Shown here piece after piece: positions 63,235 to 64,000 of a stretch of DNA of 64,000 bases. Made by a program: the position numbers and the translations under genes. This DNA comes from Collinsella sp. Lineage in GTDB: Bacteria > Actinomycetota > Coriobacteriia > Coriobacteriales > Coriobacteriaceae. The stretch's first letter is position 1; the number at the start of each line of letters is the position of its first letter. Under the pieces are notes generated by a model that did no database searches, was not told the origin of the DNA, and was given only the letters and a program-made list of their open reading frames with translations. Where the stretch lies: NCBI GenBank assembly GCA_046883645.1, contig JBKTBE010000001.1:11184-75183 (forward strand), given 5' to 3'.

Positions 63235-63819
63235 ATGCGAACCATCATCCTTTATGCCTCACGCCACCACGGCAATACGAAAAAGCTCGTGGACGCCATC
63301 GTCGAGGCACACCCCGAGATCGATACCCTCGACGTCAAGGCGCTCGGTAAAAACGAGTATCCCAACCTGCACGAATATCATCTGATCGGTGTCGCCACGG
63401 GCATCTATTACTCCGAGATCGACAAGGACATGGCACGCGTGCTCACGAACGTGCTGCAGCCGCAGGACAAGGTGTTTGGCCTTATGACCTACGGTGGCAA
63501 AAACAAGTGGTACGGCAAGGATATCGATGGCATCTGCCGCATGAGGCAGGCCATCTTTATGGGTGTCTACGGCTGCCCCGGCTTTGATACGTGGGGGCCG
63601 TTCAAACTCGCCGGCGGTGTCCAAAAGGGACACCCGACCGCTGAGGAAATTAAGGGCGCCGTCGACTTCTTCGACAAGATCGAAGACGAATATGGCGATA
63701 TCATCGTCGAGGAGTACGTCAAGCGTGAGAAGCGCCTAGCATACGAGAAGGAGCATCCTGCAGGAGGTCTGGTGGCCGGCGTTAAGCGCACGGCAAAGAA
63801 GATCGCCAACAAACTGTAA
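63235..63819 (+). CDS. Flavodoxin-family protein
   Basis: YASRHHGNTKK, ATGIYY, CPGFDTWGPFKL..GHP. Confidence 0.8.
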   Translation: MRTIILYASRHHGNTKKLVDAIVEAHPEIDTLDVKALGKNEYPNLHEYHLIGVATGIYYSEIDKDMARVLTNVLQPQDKVFGLMTYGGKNKWYGKDIDGICRMRQAIFMGVYGCPGFDTWGPFKLAGGVQKGHPTAEEIKGAVDFFDKIEDEYGDIIVEEYVKREKRLAYEKEHPAGGLVAGVKRTAKKIANKL

Positions 63820-63894
63820 CTGTGAAGGTGCTTTTGAGCGTTTAACCCATACGGCGGGTCCGAGCAGATTCGGGCCCGCCGTCTTTTTCTATCG

Positions 63895-64000
63895 TTACTC
63901 GGTAAAGGCGTTGCCGACGCTCTGGCCGCCAACATACGTCTCGACGAGGGTGAGATCATGGTCGAACACGACAAAGTCGGCGTCGCGACCCGGCATGATG
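63895..64000 (-). CDS. 3' end of an amidohydrolase, probably NagA/AgaA (continues outside the window)
   Basis: IMPGRDADFVVFDHDLTLVETYVGGQSVGNAFTE*. Confidence 0.65.
   Translation of the reverse strand, partial: IMPGRDADFVVFDHDLTLVETYVGGQSVGNAFTE

Noticed and set aside
59410..64000. Prophage or ICE integrated at tRNA-Thr
   Set aside because: No integrase, att duplication or phage/conjugation genes.

Overview
GC-rich bacterial chromosomal segment. Gene content and protein style suggest a gut Coriobacteriia such as Collinsella (inference, not verified). The left third is mixed housekeeping and accessory: the 5' part of pflB, a KdgT-family permease with an SDR, MarR with a heterodimeric ABC exporter, a DAHP synthase, agmatine deiminase with an APC permease, a BceAB-like ABC, a Nudix-Vsr fusion, and AraC with a HAD hydrolase. 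From ~21 kb to the end is a large galactose/galactoside locus. It holds Leloir genes (galK, galT, galM), a tagatose-6-P pathway (lacAB, two lacC-lacX pairs, a class II aldolase), one PTS EIIA-Lac, four lactose-family EIICB genes and three GH1 6-phospho-beta-galactosidases. These are arranged as regulator+transporter+enzyme modules. The most notable feature is that modules 2-4 are each bracketed by same-orientation clusters of an ~80-bp-period palindromic repeat, like a cassette array. Also present: LacI paralog-specific operators, a recurrent promoter 9-mer (ACCGTTCAC), an EIIB-Man whose phospho-His is replaced by Asp, several structured repeat families showing compensatory changes, and tRNA-Thr(CGT). 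No CRISPR array, transposase or integrase was seen.
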